Shown here: one piece after another, positions 47,209 through 57,069 of the stretch
Layout of the letters: each line of letters begins with the position of its first letter
How positions within the stretch are numbered: position 1 is the first letter of the stretch
Virus record (IMG/VR): IMGVR_UViG_3300025018_000100
Strand: one strand, 5' to 3'
DNA length: 64,000 nucleotides
From: a virus
Program-made: the position numbers and the translations under genes
The notes under the pieces: generated by a model
What the model was told of the DNA's origin: nothing
The model's database searches: none
The model's input: only the letters and a program-made list of their open reading frames with translations

Positions 47209-49641
47209 TTATCTCCCTAAAATAGGTGGAAGTTCGCCACCGCCTGCGATGTCAGCCATTGCGAGGTAGAGGTAAAGACCACCAGAGGCGTTCTTTCCAG
47301 AATGGGTTGTGCGAATTTTCACGCTGTCACCCAGCACGTCGATGTGGAACGCCGTGTTGTTTAGCTGCTCGTCCGCCGACGAGTTGGCGTAGATGGCGTC
47401 GTCGATCACATTGAACGGATTGCGAGCGGTGTCCTGCACTTGCCAGTCTTCCGTACCGCTATCCACCCGCTTAATAAGCACCCACCTTGGCGTGAACCCT
47501 AGCCAAATCATTGGCCCGTCAGCACTGCCGTTGCCCGTATACGAGCCAACCTTGCAGAGACCAGGGACGGAGCGGAAGGCGTAAGCTATGTGATTATTAG
47601 TGTTCTGATTGTTGTTACTATCAGTACCTAGCGTGATGACTGACCCATCTGGGGCGGTGGTGTTTAACCAACTAATGGCCCCGGCAAACCCCTTTGCCCC
47701 TGCCTGATCCAGCATTAAATAATCGGAATTACCGGCCCCTAATAAGATACAATAGACCACCCAATTTCTGGAAGTATCTCTGTTTTTGAAAATTATTAAA
47801 TCTGGTGCACCAGGTAAATCGTGCCCGATTGTGGCCCCCGCAGTGGCGTTGCCTTGATAACCAATTATACTGAAATGGCCCGCCACCGCTGCACTAACTG
47901 TACTGGTGATCGTTCCGTCGTTGTTGGTGACGCCAGCACCACCGGCTCGGAAGCCCCATCCGACATAAGTTGCGGCGCTATCATTGGCGTTGTTCGCATT
48001 GTTGATTGTAAACCCATCCGCGTCGTCGATGCTATCAAACCCGCCCTCAACTTGTTCGGCATTGGTCGAGTCTGAGTATATGACGTTGTTCACACCACGG
48101 ATCACGTCTTGGAGTTTATGGGACAATGCGGCAGATCGTTTTTTGTACCAGAGCAAGTCGCTGGCGAAACCCATTCCGGTAATGCCTCGGTCGTTTGTCG
48201 CGTTACCAGTCAACAGCAAGGAGTTGAACCAATCCGCACCTTGAGGGTCTGTGGCGAGACGACCGTTGTTCGCAACGCGCAAAGCCGAATACCCAGAACC
48301 AATAGGGTAAGTAAATTCGTCTTCAAAAACCAAGAATGTCCAATCATAGTTATTAAAACGTGCCACAACCGGAAAAAATTCAAGGGACGTATCAACGCCG
48401 GTTGAGGTGGTCTCAAGAACATTATTAATAAGCCACTGTATTTCTCCCGCATCTGCGTCATACCGAACAGTGACAACATCGTTTGCACTAAGTGCGGTGC
48501 CCCCAGTGTAAGGGGTAAGACTGGCGGCAGCAGTTACGTTCTGGACACTACCATTTTCACGATAAGCCCAAGCCTCATTAAACCCCACTGAAGACCCCCT
48601 TAATGCGTTATTCGAGGGGTTGGAAACCGCAAGCGCGGCATCATAGCAACAGATACCGACTGAGCCGTCACCGTTATTGGTTTTCACTTGAAATTCATAC
48701 TTACCTGTCTTGGGTAATGGGACGGACAAAAATGCGCCACCATCGCCACCGCCTGAACCTGTAACCCTGCGACCGCCCTCTAATGTTGTGATGGTCGATG
48801 AACTGGGCTGGATCAATATATCAACAACAGGCCCCAGTCTCGAAGGCGTGTCCGACGATCCATTGGCGGCATGGCTCATGCTTGTTGGCGTGAAGTCGTT
48901 CCCGTTCGCGCTTGCATCGGTGCCGTCGCCAATCTCGGAAGTCTGGCAGAAGCTATTCCCACCAGCCGTGTTAGCCTGAGCCACTAGTTTGGTGTCTGGT
49001 TGGGCGGCCCAGATAAGACCGTTATCACCCGCCGCCCACCACTGGCCTAAATCCTCAATAGTGAAATCTGCGCCTTGAATGGAAACACCGTCCAGGTAGG
49101 TGGCTTGGCTTATTCGGGCTGGGATTGGTTGGAAAGCTGCCCCGGCGCTATCAGGCCAAGCGCCCACAAACATATTCTGACCAGAAAGAGATATAGCCGC
49201 GCTAAAACCCAAGGTCGGGTAGGTTGCGGTATCAAAGACAGTCTCTTGCTCACCATTGATAAAAACTTTGATGCGGTCTGATGCAGTAGCTTGGTTAGTA
49301 TCTACGCTAACCACAATATGATACCAGTTAGTATCGCGGAATAGTCGTGTGGTGGTGAGCTGAAAACTAGTTGCGTTGAATTGAGCAAACTCAAACTTTT
49401 CATTGAAGAAGCGAGCCGTCACAGAAGATGGAACGTTTGCTGATCCAAAGAATGCAACATTGTTTCCAAAACCGGTGCGGCGCACCCAAAATGATAAGGC
49501 AAACTCCTGCCTGTTGCCGGTTGACCCTGGAGTCCATGATAAATAATCAGCCGATCCATCAAACCATGCGGATTGATCCACAGTTAAAGGGTTCCAACTA
49601 TTATTTGAAGCAGCTAAAACATTACTATTAAAAATACTCAT
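47209..49641 (-). CDS. LamG/concanavalin + SPRY-like virion protein, candidate receptor-binding protein (GC-rich)
   Basis: FDGSADYL, LSFWVRR, WYHIVVS LamG; GKYEFQV SPRY; repeated YTGNG...GFTP..V.IKR modules. Confidence 0.75.
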   Translation of the reverse strand: MSIFNSNVLAASNNSWNPLTVDQSAWFDGSADYLSWTPGSTGNRQEFALSFWVRRTGFGNNVAFFGSANVPSSVTARFFNEKFEFAQFNATSFQLTTTRLFRDTNWYHIVVSVDTNQATASDRIKVFINGEQETVFDTATYPTLGFSAAISLSGQNMFVGAWPDSAGAAFQPIPARISQATYLDGVSIQGADFTIEDLGQWWAAGDNGLIWAAQPDTKLVAQANTAGGNSFCQTSEIGDGTDASANGNDFTPTSMSHAANGSSDTPSRLGPVVDILIQPSSSTITTLEGGRRVTGSGGGDGGAFLSVPLPKTGKYEFQVKTNNGDGSVGICCYDAALAVSNPSNNALRGSSVGFNEAWAYRENGSVQNVTAAASLTPYTGGTALSANDVVTVRYDADAGEIQWLINNVLETTSTGVDTSLEFFPVVARFNNYDWTFLVFEDEFTYPIGSGYSALRVANNGRLATDPQGADWFNSLLLTGNATNDRGITGMGFASDLLWYKKRSAALSHKLQDVIRGVNNVIYSDSTNAEQVEGGFDSIDDADGFTINNANNANDSAATYVGWGFRAGGAGVTNNDGTITSTVSAAVAGHFSIIGYQGNATAGATIGHDLPGAPDLIIFKNRDTSRNWVVYCILLGAGNSDYLMLDQAGAKGFAGAISWLNTTAPDGSVITLGTDSNNNQNTNNHIAYAFRSVPGLCKVGSYTGNGSADGPMIWLGFTPRWVLIKRVDSGTEDWQVQDTARNPFNVIDDAIYANSSADEQLNNTAFHIDVLGDSVKIRTTHSGKNASGGLYLYLAMADIAGGGELPPILGR

Positions 49642-50552
49642 TAAACCATATCCTTAGCAGCAGTCAAATATACAGCTGTTCCATTAGATAAATAACTTAA
49701 TAAAGTTATTCCACTTGATAAAGTTAAACTACTTGTTTTAATGTTCCCGTCAATGCTAATATTATTAGCAGAAGTATTAATTAGCTCAATCCACCCAGAT
49801 TGTCCTATAGCATTAGAAATATTTGTAAAATTGATAGTTATATCTTCTGATACTACGCAAGTAAAATTTTGAGCAACATCTAAATTAAAATAACCTTGAT
49901 TATTGCTTGTAATGTTTACTCTTCCTTTATTTGCATACACAGTGCCCCACCTACTAGCTTCATTACCAAAATTAGAAGTTAGATTATTAGTAGGATTAAC
50001 GTTTCCTCCGATATTAATGTTATTCCCAATAGTTACATTCCCGTCAGAGGATAAATTGTTAGCAAAGTATCCTTCTCCTAGAGTATTAACCCAGAAAGTA
50101 GTATTATTTGTATCGTTCCCAATAAATCCAGAATAAAAATATGCATTTTGACTATACGTGTTAGACCCAGCACCAATTATTGTATTCGAAAAAGTAAAAG
50201 AAGGTGCGTGGAATACCGCGGCCATATTATGGTCTTGCTTAGGCTGAACAAATAATCTTTCGGCATCTAAACTAGCAAATCCAAAAATTCCTGTTCCTAA
50301 AGTCCATACAGCATCATTATCAAAATATACAAACCCAGAGTCTGATATTACAGTAGACCCTGTAATATTTAAATCCCCGACGGTAAAATCATTAGTAGAT
50401 ATAGAGGTTGAAAAAGTGTTACCTGTTACATGTAGATTAGCAGCAGGCGTGACTGTACCAACACCTACACGAACATTAGTTCTATCTACGTGTAGAATAC
50501 CTGTATTGTCAACACCGGTACCACCCATCTGTGTACTAATTCTCTGTACCAT
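49641..50552 (-). CDS. Fibre-like virion protein
   Basis: RVGVGTVTPAANLHVTGN; GNEASRWGTVYA motifs. Confidence 0.65.
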   Translation of the reverse strand: MVQRISTQMGGTGVDNTGILHVDRTNVRVGVGTVTPAANLHVTGNTFSTSISTNDFTVGDLNITGSTVISDSGFVYFDNDAVWTLGTGIFGFASLDAERLFVQPKQDHNMAAVFHAPSFTFSNTIIGAGSNTYSQNAYFYSGFIGNDTNNTTFWVNTLGEGYFANNLSSDGNVTIGNNINIGGNVNPTNNLTSNFGNEASRWGTVYANKGRVNITSNNQGYFNLDVAQNFTCVVSEDITINFTNISNAIGQSGWIELINTSANNISIDGNIKTSSLTLSSGITLLSYLSNGTAVYLTAAKDMV

Positions 50553-51019
50553 TAATTACCCTCAAAAAGATCATTCATTAGCTTATCATAATTATTAATC
50601 TGAATAGCTACTCCAGGACCTTGTTCTTTCTTAGGCTTGATATTTGTTTCCACATCGTTAAGATGTTTTAACCAATCAAGTAAATCTTTTTTACTATAAA
50701 CACCAGTCTCTAGTGCTTCTTCTAGTTTGTGCTCAATTACTTTGTTTATTACTTGTAATCTCTTACTTCTATTAAGATAGCCCTGATTTAAAATTACACC
50801 ATTAATATAATTTTGAACCTCTTTCTTATCTAAAACTGTGGTAACTAAGTCTGGAGATATATCATATTCTTTAGCTATAGCAGAGACGTCTTTTCCTGCC
50901 AAACTATCGTTTGCAATACTTAAATATACTGGATCAAGTTTAGGAGCTTCTAAACTTTTAGTTAAAGCATTATCGCCAGTATCTGGTTCATATACTTTTA
51001 CATCTGTAGTTCTAGACAT
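50552..51019 (-). CDS. terS: Terminase small subunit (T5-like)
   Basis: N-terminal HTH, GYLNR, EALETGVYSKKDLLD, QINNYDKLM. Confidence 0.7.
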   Translation of the reverse strand: MSRTTDVKVYEPDTGDNALTKSLEAPKLDPVYLSIANDSLAGKDVSAIAKEYDISPDLVTTVLDKKEVQNYINGVILNQGYLNRSKRLQVINKVIEHKLEEALETGVYSKKDLLDWLKHLNDVETNIKPKKEQGPGVAIQINNYDKLMNDLFEGN

Positions 51020-51483
51020 TATACTGTTACCTCATACGAAATTTCTAGTGTAACTTCGGCTATACCAAACGGAGCAAATAAACCTTCATCTGTCTCAACG
51101 CTAGTAACTCGTACATCTACTATATCTTGAGCGCAACCTTCATATCGCATACCACCAATTACAAATTCAATATCATCTAATAAGTTATCAGCAGCAGCTA
51201 TACTATCGTCACCATCTCGGATATAACCTCTTAAATTTACTGTATAGTTTCCGTATTTTACACCAGCCCCGATGTGAATACGAGATTCAGTCGCATTGTA
51301 AACACAGATTGTGGGGAAATCATTAATTTCGTCTACATATTTAAAGCGGCTGAATACTCGATCGTCTACGTTATTAACAAAAGTATGTGGGCTGTTAGGA
51401 TATCTAACTTCCTCTAATGTTAACCCGTTTATTTTTTTTAATTGAGTTACAAGTAACTCAGTAATTTCTCTTTTACGTGCCAT
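51019..51483 (-). CDS. Second tail-terminator-like protein
   Basis: Shares RxEIT...LKxING, INDFP, TDEGL..P.G..E with 34286-34729. Confidence 0.7.
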   Translation of the reverse strand: MARKREITELLVTQLKKINGLTLEEVRYPNSPHTFVNNVDDRVFSRFKYVDEINDFPTICVYNATESRIHIGAGVKYGNYTVNLRGYIRDGDDSIAAADNLLDDIEFVIGGMRYEGCAQDIVDVRVTSVETDEGLFAPFGIAEVTLEISYEVTV

Positions 51484-51862
51484 AGATTAATTCTTTAAAC
51501 TTTTCTATACTACCACACTCTAAAGCTTTTCGAGTACAATAGGTTTTTATTATGTGATTTGGATTTTTTAATAACCAATATATGATATACTTTTTAACTT
51601 GGTCGTCAGTAATATCAAAAAAATTTTTTGTAAACCAGCTTTTAGTAGTCTTTAGACTAGGTATTTGAATAGATAGATATTCGTTATATTCTGTAGCCGT
51701 TGGAATATGGTGAGGATGGAGTATACAATCTAAACTTAATAGTTGTTTACCAGCACTATCTACGGGTATTCCTATATCATCATAACCTGCCGGTTCTAAT
51801 GGGTATATCATATTACCTTCTGGTCCCCATACAAAAGGCCCATAAGAATAATTAACCATCAC
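51473..51862 (-). CDS. Hypothetical protein
   Basis: ORF overlapping neighbours. Confidence 0.6.
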   Translation of the reverse strand: MMVNYSYGPFVWGPEGNMIYPLEPAGYDDIGIPVDSAGKQLLSLDCILHPHHIPTATEYNEYLSIQIPSLKTTKSWFTKNFFDITDDQVKKYIIYWLLKNPNHIIKTYCTRKALECGSIEKFKELIYGT

Positions 51863-52298
51863 TAATTGCTGTGTTAACGTATTTATTCCCTAAGAAAGAT
51901 ACTTGTTCTGTACTATCTAATTTACTAATGTGATCTAAAATATAACTATCAACTTGCTCTGTAAAAACAGAAGCGTTGACGTTTTCTCTAATACCACTTT
52001 CTTGCTCTACAACTACTTGTACGTTATCTATTAATATATTATTCATAGTAGGGAATTGACTATTTAGTGTTACCCAATAGTCTTTTGCATCTAATAAATT
52101 CACAGCATTAAACGACACCAAAATATTATTATTGGCATCTCTAATATCAGCATCTGTAAACCAAGTAAAACTGGTTTCTTCTTTATAAGGAATATAAAGA
52201 GTAGTAATTAAATCAACATTAGCTCTTTGATAATAAGCGACCCAAGCGTTGAAGCGACCGTTTTGGTACTCTCGCTCAGCACTTAAAAGTGTATACAT
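51852..52298 (-). CDS. Hypothetical protein, first gene of late operon
   Basis: GGGGA RBS; promoter upstream. Confidence 0.6.
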   Translation of the reverse strand: MYTLLSAEREYQNGRFNAWVAYYQRANVDLITTLYIPYKEETSFTWFTDADIRDANNNILVSFNAVNLLDAKDYWVTLNSQFPTMNNILIDNVQVVVEQESGIRENVNASVFTEQVDSYILDHISKLDSTEQVSFLGNKYVNTAISDG

Positions 52299-52343
52299 TC
52301 TAGCTTCCCCGCAATTAAAAAGTTATTTATCATTATTCTATGT

Positions 52344-52372
52344 ATATTAACATATTAAAATTGACATGTCAA
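52344..52372 (-). promoter_or_regulatory. Late-operon promoter
   Basis: TTGACA-17 nt-TAATAT; -35 lies in palindrome TTGACATGTCAA. Confidence 0.65.
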
Positions 52373-52472
52373 AAATAAAAGTATTAGAAAAGTTTTAAGG
52401 CTTCAAGTATGTGGTAGTAGAAAATTTAAAATAATCTTGCTACCATTATGGTATCGAAATTTTAAAATTATA

Positions 52473-52501
52473 TTGATGAATACAATTTTATATGTTATAG
52501 T
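52473..52501 (+). promoter_or_regulatory. Divergent sigma70 promoter
   Basis: TTGATG-17 nt-TATAGT with TG extension. Confidence 0.6.
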
Positions 52502-52590
52502 ATAGTTACGAAATAATTGGAAAAAGGTATAAAATATTAAAATTTCCACTAAAATGAAAACTTATTTTAAGATATAGGAGTTATATAATA

Positions 52591-53139
52591 ATGACATGTA
52601 TAGTTGGGTTACGTAATGATAAAGGAGTTATACTGGCAGGAGATAGTGCCGGAGTTGAGGGATTCAACGTAACCATTAGAAAAGATAGTAAAGTTTTTAA
52701 GGTAAATAACATATTAATTGGATATACTAGTAGCTTTAGAATGGGACAAATTATACGTTATCATTTAGATATAACGTATAGTGGGGACGAAGATGAATAT
52801 GATTGGATGGTAACTGTTTTTATTCCTCATATAAGAAAAATTCTACAAGAGCATGGATTTACTAAAATAAATAATAACGAAGAGTCCGGAGGTGTCTTTC
52901 TCGTAGGAATTAATAATAGGTTATTTATAGTAGAATCAGATTTTCAAGTGGGAGAAAGTAATTTAGTATATGAGAGCGTAGGTTGTGGAGAAAAATATGC
53001 TAAAGGATATATTTATGCGGCTCTAGGAAATATTAATAATACAAGAACAGAAGAACAAATAGTAGAAGGTGCATTATACTGCGCTACTAACTTTAGTGCA
53101 GGTGTAAGACCTCCTTTTAACTTTATCAAGAACTATTAA
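52591..53139 (+). CDS. Ntn-hydrolase / HslV-like peptidase
   Basis: MTCIVG (Thr nucleophile), LAGDS, SKVF, SVGCGEKYA. Confidence 0.8.
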   Translation: MTCIVGLRNDKGVILAGDSAGVEGFNVTIRKDSKVFKVNNILIGYTSSFRMGQIIRYHLDITYSGDEDEYDWMVTVFIPHIRKILQEHGFTKINNNEESGGVFLVGINNRLFIVESDFQVGESNLVYESVGCGEKYAKGYIYAALGNINNTRTEEQIVEGALYCATNFSAGVRPPFNFIKNY

Positions 53140-53150
53140 AGGAAAAATTA

Positions 53151-53396
53151 ATGTTAAAAAAGAAAGATGTTATTCATAGATTAGCCGATAGAATTGATGT
53201 TGACAAGAAAGGTAACGATCTAGTTATACATAGAGGCTATACAAATAAAGTTTATAAATCATTAAAAAATGATTATTCTCGTTATCGAAGCGGTAAGTGG
53301 TTTCAAGGCAATCATAACGAATTTTATAAAGCAACCTTAGAGGACTTATTTGTTGTCTACCAAACTTTTAAGAGAATTAACTACAATAAGTATTAA
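53151..53396 (+). CDS. Hypothetical protein
   Basis: AAGGA RBS. Confidence 0.55.
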   Translation: MLKKKDVIHRLADRIDVDKKGNDLVIHRGYTNKVYKSLKNDYSRYRSGKWFQGNHNEFYKATLEDLFVVYQTFKRINYNKY

Positions 53397-53604
53397 TTAT
53401 CATTTATCTTTAGCAGCTCTTGGTAATAATAAAAACTCTGCATTTGCTAGAAAAAGCAGACTCAGAGAGCTAGAGCTATTATCAGGTGCTTATAGTAAAA
53501 AAATACATGAAGTATTACGTTATTTAATTGAAACTAAAAATATATCTAACGAAGAACTAACGGACTTACTAACATTAATGATAGAAATATCAGATGGACA
53601 GTAA
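53350..53604 (+). CDS. Hypothetical protein
   Basis: GAGGA RBS before TTG. Confidence 0.5.
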   Translation: MLSTKLLRELTTISINYHLSLAALGNNKNSAFARKSRLRELELLSGAYSKKIHEVLRYLIETKNISNEELTDLLTLMIEISDGQ

Positions 53605-53824
53605 CTATTTGACAATAAAACCTAACGATCAAATAGATGCGCCGTATCCGCCATATAACTTCGTTATAGTAGGAGAACGATTAGATAATAAGTTCAAGTT
53701 TGATAAGCGCCCTAAAGAATATGAAGAATGGAGTGCTAACAAAAACGTACATCTTCGTATAGGTATTAGAGATGATTACTATAGCATCTATGAAATGTTT
53801 ATGATATTTATTGTAATTAATTAA
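53594..53824 (+). CDS. Hypothetical protein
   Basis: Overlaps upstream ORF. Confidence 0.5.
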   Translation: MDSNYLTIKPNDQIDAPYPPYNFVIVGERLDNKFKFDKRPKEYEEWSANKNVHLRIGIRDDYYSIYEMFMIFIVIN

Positions 53825-53851
53825 GCAGAAAAGCTTTTCTGCTTAATTAAT
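53816..53851. repeat. Perfect 36-bp palindrome
   Basis: ATTAATTAAGCAGAAAAG|CTTTTCTGCTTAATTAAT. Confidence 0.9.
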
Positions 53852-54006
53852 CTTGCATTATGCTATACAATATAGTATTTTATATAAAAGGGAAAAAATG
53901 AAATCAATAAGTTTAGAAGAAATAGCAAATTTAGCCTAAATAATTTTAGATTAGGCCGGCTACTGCAATATTTAGACAAAAATAATATTAAAAAAAGGAA
54001 TTAAGA

Positions 54007-54354
54007 ATGCTAATTAAAAAATTGATAGATATGTACTGGGAATTTAGAAGGGGTTTTACGATAAGACCTGTTGACAAAGAGTGGGATAGTCTTCTAAATA
54101 AACTAATGGATGAAGGAAAACTATTAGAGACACAAAGCAATTTTACTTGTGTTTTTGAATATGATAATTTACATTATTATGTATGGGTAGGTAACTGGCC
54201 CTTTGCTTATGGTTATTTATGGGGCTCTACTCCTAAACAAGAGAAATACCCTAACTTTATTGATAACAATAATAGTCACAATGAGGTATTACCTAAAGCA
54301 GTAACGGCGTTTAAATTAAGGAATTTTTTAAAAGATGCTAGAGCAAATAATTAA
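54007..54354 (+). CDS. Hypothetical protein (paralog of next gene)
   Basis: W..LL...GKL...F...VW..N..FAYG. Confidence 0.65.
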   Translation: MLIKKLIDMYWEFRRGFTIRPVDKEWDSLLNKLMDEGKLLETQSNFTCVFEYDNLHYYVWVGNWPFAYGYLWGSTPKQEKYPNFIDNNNSHNEVLPKAVTAFKLRNFLKDARANN

Positions 54355-54425
54355 GCATATTATAAAAAGTCAAGAAACTCGTAAACAGACTAGAGAACAA
54401 CAAAAAAAATCAGCTCAACAGATTT

Positions 54426-54791
54426 ATGTCTAGTTTAAAAGACAGCAAAGAAAAAGAGCATCTAAATAAAATAGCTATCTCTCAAGGCATCAAATATAAA
54501 GATTCTAGCATTTGTCAACAATGGTCAGACCTTGTTAAACTATATTTAACACATGGAAAACTAATAGAAAATGACGGTAGAACAATTGTTTTTGATGTAG
54601 GTGGACATAAAGTAGAAATATGGACGAGTAATTTCGGTTACGCTTTTGGAAAACCTTGGAATACCCCACCGTTTGATGGAGATGAAAGACCTGAAAGATA
54701 TGTTGGTTACGCGTTAAAACTCTATATAGATAGCTTAACAACAAATTTTGTAGACGATATCTATAAGGAAGTATATGATGATAAACTTTGA
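54426..54791 (+). CDS. Hypothetical protein (paralog of previous gene)
   Basis: W..LV...GKL...F...IW..N..YAFG. Confidence 0.65.
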   Translation: MSSLKDSKEKEHLNKIAISQGIKYKDSSICQQWSDLVKLYLTHGKLIENDGRTIVFDVGGHKVEIWTSNFGYAFGKPWNTPPFDGDERPERYVGYALKLYIDSLTTNFVDDIYKEVYDDKL

Positions 54792-55263
54792 AGATGATAA
54801 TTTTAAGTTTTCGCCTAGAGTAAAAATTGTAGAAGCAGCTAGAAGAACAGGAAAAACTAAAGCTATTAAAGAAAGAATTAGTAAAATTAATGAACAAGAT
54901 AGTGTATTAATAGGAAGTTCCGGGTATTCATTAAGAGTATCGTCATCCGAAGCAATAAGTAGAATAAAAGAGAGATTTGCAGGAACAACTTATAAGAAAA
55001 TAGGCATTTACGCAGATGATTATTTTGGCGATATTCATATTATAGACACGATAAGTAAAATTATTCACCATAAATCTTTAGAAACTATAGAAATTTGTGT
55101 AGCTTATACTCCTATAGATGCTTGTCAAATATATAATGGCATCTTCGATAGCACTAAAATAAGACATAAACATAATAAAGATATTATTAGTGAAGAAGCT
55201 ATTAAACTAATTCAAACTATTGGTTGGGAAAATTTTAAGAAAAATTACTTGTTATGCGATTAA
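54775..55263 (+). CDS. Small P-loop-like protein
   Basis: VEAARRTGKT Walker A-like, IYADD Walker B-like. Confidence 0.5.
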   Translation: MMINFEDDNFKFSPRVKIVEAARRTGKTKAIKERISKINEQDSVLIGSSGYSLRVSSSEAISRIKERFAGTTYKKIGIYADDYFGDIHIIDTISKIIHHKSLETIEICVAYTPIDACQIYNGIFDSTKIRHKHNKDIISEEAIKLIQTIGWENFKKNYLLCD

Positions 55264-55556
55264 ATACTAGATATACAAATATACACAAACAAATCTGGTA
55301 CATAAAAAATTCTTTTTATACTAGGCAACAAAGATATTTAAGTACTACGCTATTAAACTATGATATCAGAAAATCGATATTTGTTAATAGTATACTAGCC
55401 TATCCTATGGCTAGAAACGTTACCCATTATAGGCTATGGACATATCCAGAGATATTAGTCTTTCCTCTTAGAAAAAAGGAAAAAATAAAGTTTAATATGG
55501 GTAAAGAGTTACACAAATTATATAGAGGAAATCTTTATACTAAAAGGAAAAAATAA
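55254..55556 (+). CDS. Hypothetical basic protein
   Basis: ORF in packed operon. Confidence 0.45.
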   Translation: MRLNTRYTNIHKQIWYIKNSFYTRQQRYLSTTLLNYDIRKSIFVNSILAYPMARNVTHYRLWTYPEILVFPLRKKEKIKFNMGKELHKLYRGNLYTKRKK

Positions 55557-55832
55557 ATGGTTAAAATAGAAGGTAATGATATAGTTATTCGAATACCTAT
55601 TGAGACATTAGATATATCTGTTAATGATGGGTATGATCTTGGTTATTTAGATTATAATGTAAGATTAGTAGACAAAAATGTTTTTGCTAAAGATTTAGTT
55701 ACTGAATTAGAAAGAGAAAGCGAAGACGGATCAACACTAATAAATGAAATGTTAGATCAAGCTTGTAATCAAGTTATAGAAAATGGTTCACTAGGCGTTG
55801 AAGAAATTGGAGAAAATGTAGATTATGCTTGA
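55557..55832 (+). CDS. Acidic hypothetical protein
   Basis: AAGGA RBS. Confidence 0.6.
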   Translation: MVKIEGNDIVIRIPIETLDISVNDGYDLGYLDYNVRLVDKNVFAKDLVTELERESEDGSTLINEMLDQACNQVIENGSLGVEEIGENVDYA

Positions 55833-55992
55833 GCAAAAAGTAGTTAGTATTATAGAGATAGCAACAGCTATTTATATCAGAAAAGCAGGAGATAGTAGTT
55901 ACTCTTTAAAAGATAGTGATATCTCAAGAGCAATTAATGATGCAACTAAATTTGTAGAAGCTATCCACGAATTTAAAAAGACAGTAAAATAA
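55825..55992 (+). CDS. Hypothetical 55-aa protein missing from ORF track
   Basis: MLEQKVVSIIEIATAIY...KKTVK; GGAG upstream; TAATG coupling to next gene. Confidence 0.55.
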   Translation: MLEQKVVSIIEIATAIYIRKAGDSSYSLKDSDISRAINDATKFVEAIHEFKKTVK

Positions 55993-56627
55993 TGTTTGCT
56001 TATCATAATGATCCACGTACTAAAGAAGATATTATTAGTCAGTTAGAATTTCATAAACTTGCTGACCAATTGGAACAAGGTGCTTATTGGGATAACCATT
56101 TTAAAAAAGGCTGTGCAGTAGGTTGCACAATTTACAGTAACAACCACATAGAGTATGAGCATAGATTCGGTATTCCAGCCAATCTAGCTATGATAGAAGA
56201 GGGTATTTTTGAAGGTCTAAGTGTAGAGGCATCTAAAAATTGGCCTATAGATTTTATGAAAGCTATTAACGTAGGAAGTAATTTAGAAGGAGTAGATTGG
56301 ATTATTTGTAGATATGCTTTTAGTTTAAGAAAAGATAATTATCCTAAACTTATTTATGATATAATAGATGATATGCTTGCTAGTTTGTCAGAAGGCGTAG
56401 AAGACAAAAAAATAGAAAAATATGCTAGACCGATGTTATATGAAGTCATCGAACAATCTCATCGTATAAATTATAGAAAACCTAGTTACGTAAAACTAAT
56501 AACTCTTGACTGTTATCTACATGCGATAATTCATAGATGGTGCGATAGTATTTTCTATAAGTATACTACCGATGAAGTTAAAAAAGTAGCAGATTTTACT
56601 ATTAACCTATTAAAGGATATTAAATAA
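55992..56627 (+). CDS. Phage hypothetical protein
   Basis: QGAYW...KGCAVGC...FGIP...IFEGL...WP motif. Confidence 0.65.
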   Translation: MFAYHNDPRTKEDIISQLEFHKLADQLEQGAYWDNHFKKGCAVGCTIYSNNHIEYEHRFGIPANLAMIEEGIFEGLSVEASKNWPIDFMKAINVGSNLEGVDWIICRYAFSLRKDNYPKLIYDIIDDMLASLSEGVEDKKIEKYARPMLYEVIEQSHRINYRKPSYVKLITLDCYLHAIIHRWCDSIFYKYTTDEVKKVADFTINLLKDIK

Positions 56628-56843
56628 ATGTTTTTTCATAATTTTATAGCTCATCCCGTAATGGCTATACTACAATTAATTGGACTGAAAGACTTAGCAG
56701 CAAAGATTCATGATAGTACTTGTCCACAAAAAACTGATAAATACGCTCAATATATTTTAAACAATAGTGAGTCATATAGGCAAGAATTATTGCAAAAAAT
56801 TAACGATAGCGAAAGAGGAAAAATAATTGACAAAAAAATCTGA
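56628..56843 (+). CDS. Hypothetical protein
   Basis: HNFIAHP...IHD motif; AAGGA RBS. Confidence 0.55.
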   Translation: MFFHNFIAHPVMAILQLIGLKDLAAKIHDSTCPQKTDKYAQYILNNSESYRQELLQKINDSERGKIIDKKI

Positions 56844-57069
56844 GATCGAAGAATATCTTCAGTCTGAATTACATAGTCTATGTTCTGATGCTACTGTCTG
56901 TTATTATTTCTGTAAATATAAGAATGAAGATATGTCTATAGAAAAAGCAGTAATTGAGGCACTTCGTATTAAAGTGAAGGAAAACGAATCAATAACTAAT
57001 GATCTTATAGAGCTTAAATCAAGAACTCTTGGTAATATGTTGGTCGGAAATAAAGTTTGCTCAAGTTGA
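56827..57069 (+). CDS. Hypothetical protein
   Basis: GAGGA RBS before TTG. Confidence 0.5.
   Translation: MTKKSEIEEYLQSELHSLCSDATVCYYFCKYKNEDMSIEKAVIEALRIKVKENESITNDLIELKSRTLGNMLVGNKVCSS

Noticed and set aside
47226-49631. Plus-strand ORFs inside the LamG gene, and similar antisense ORFs across the late operon
   Set aside because: Shadow frames of long genes with biased codon usage; no RBS or motifs
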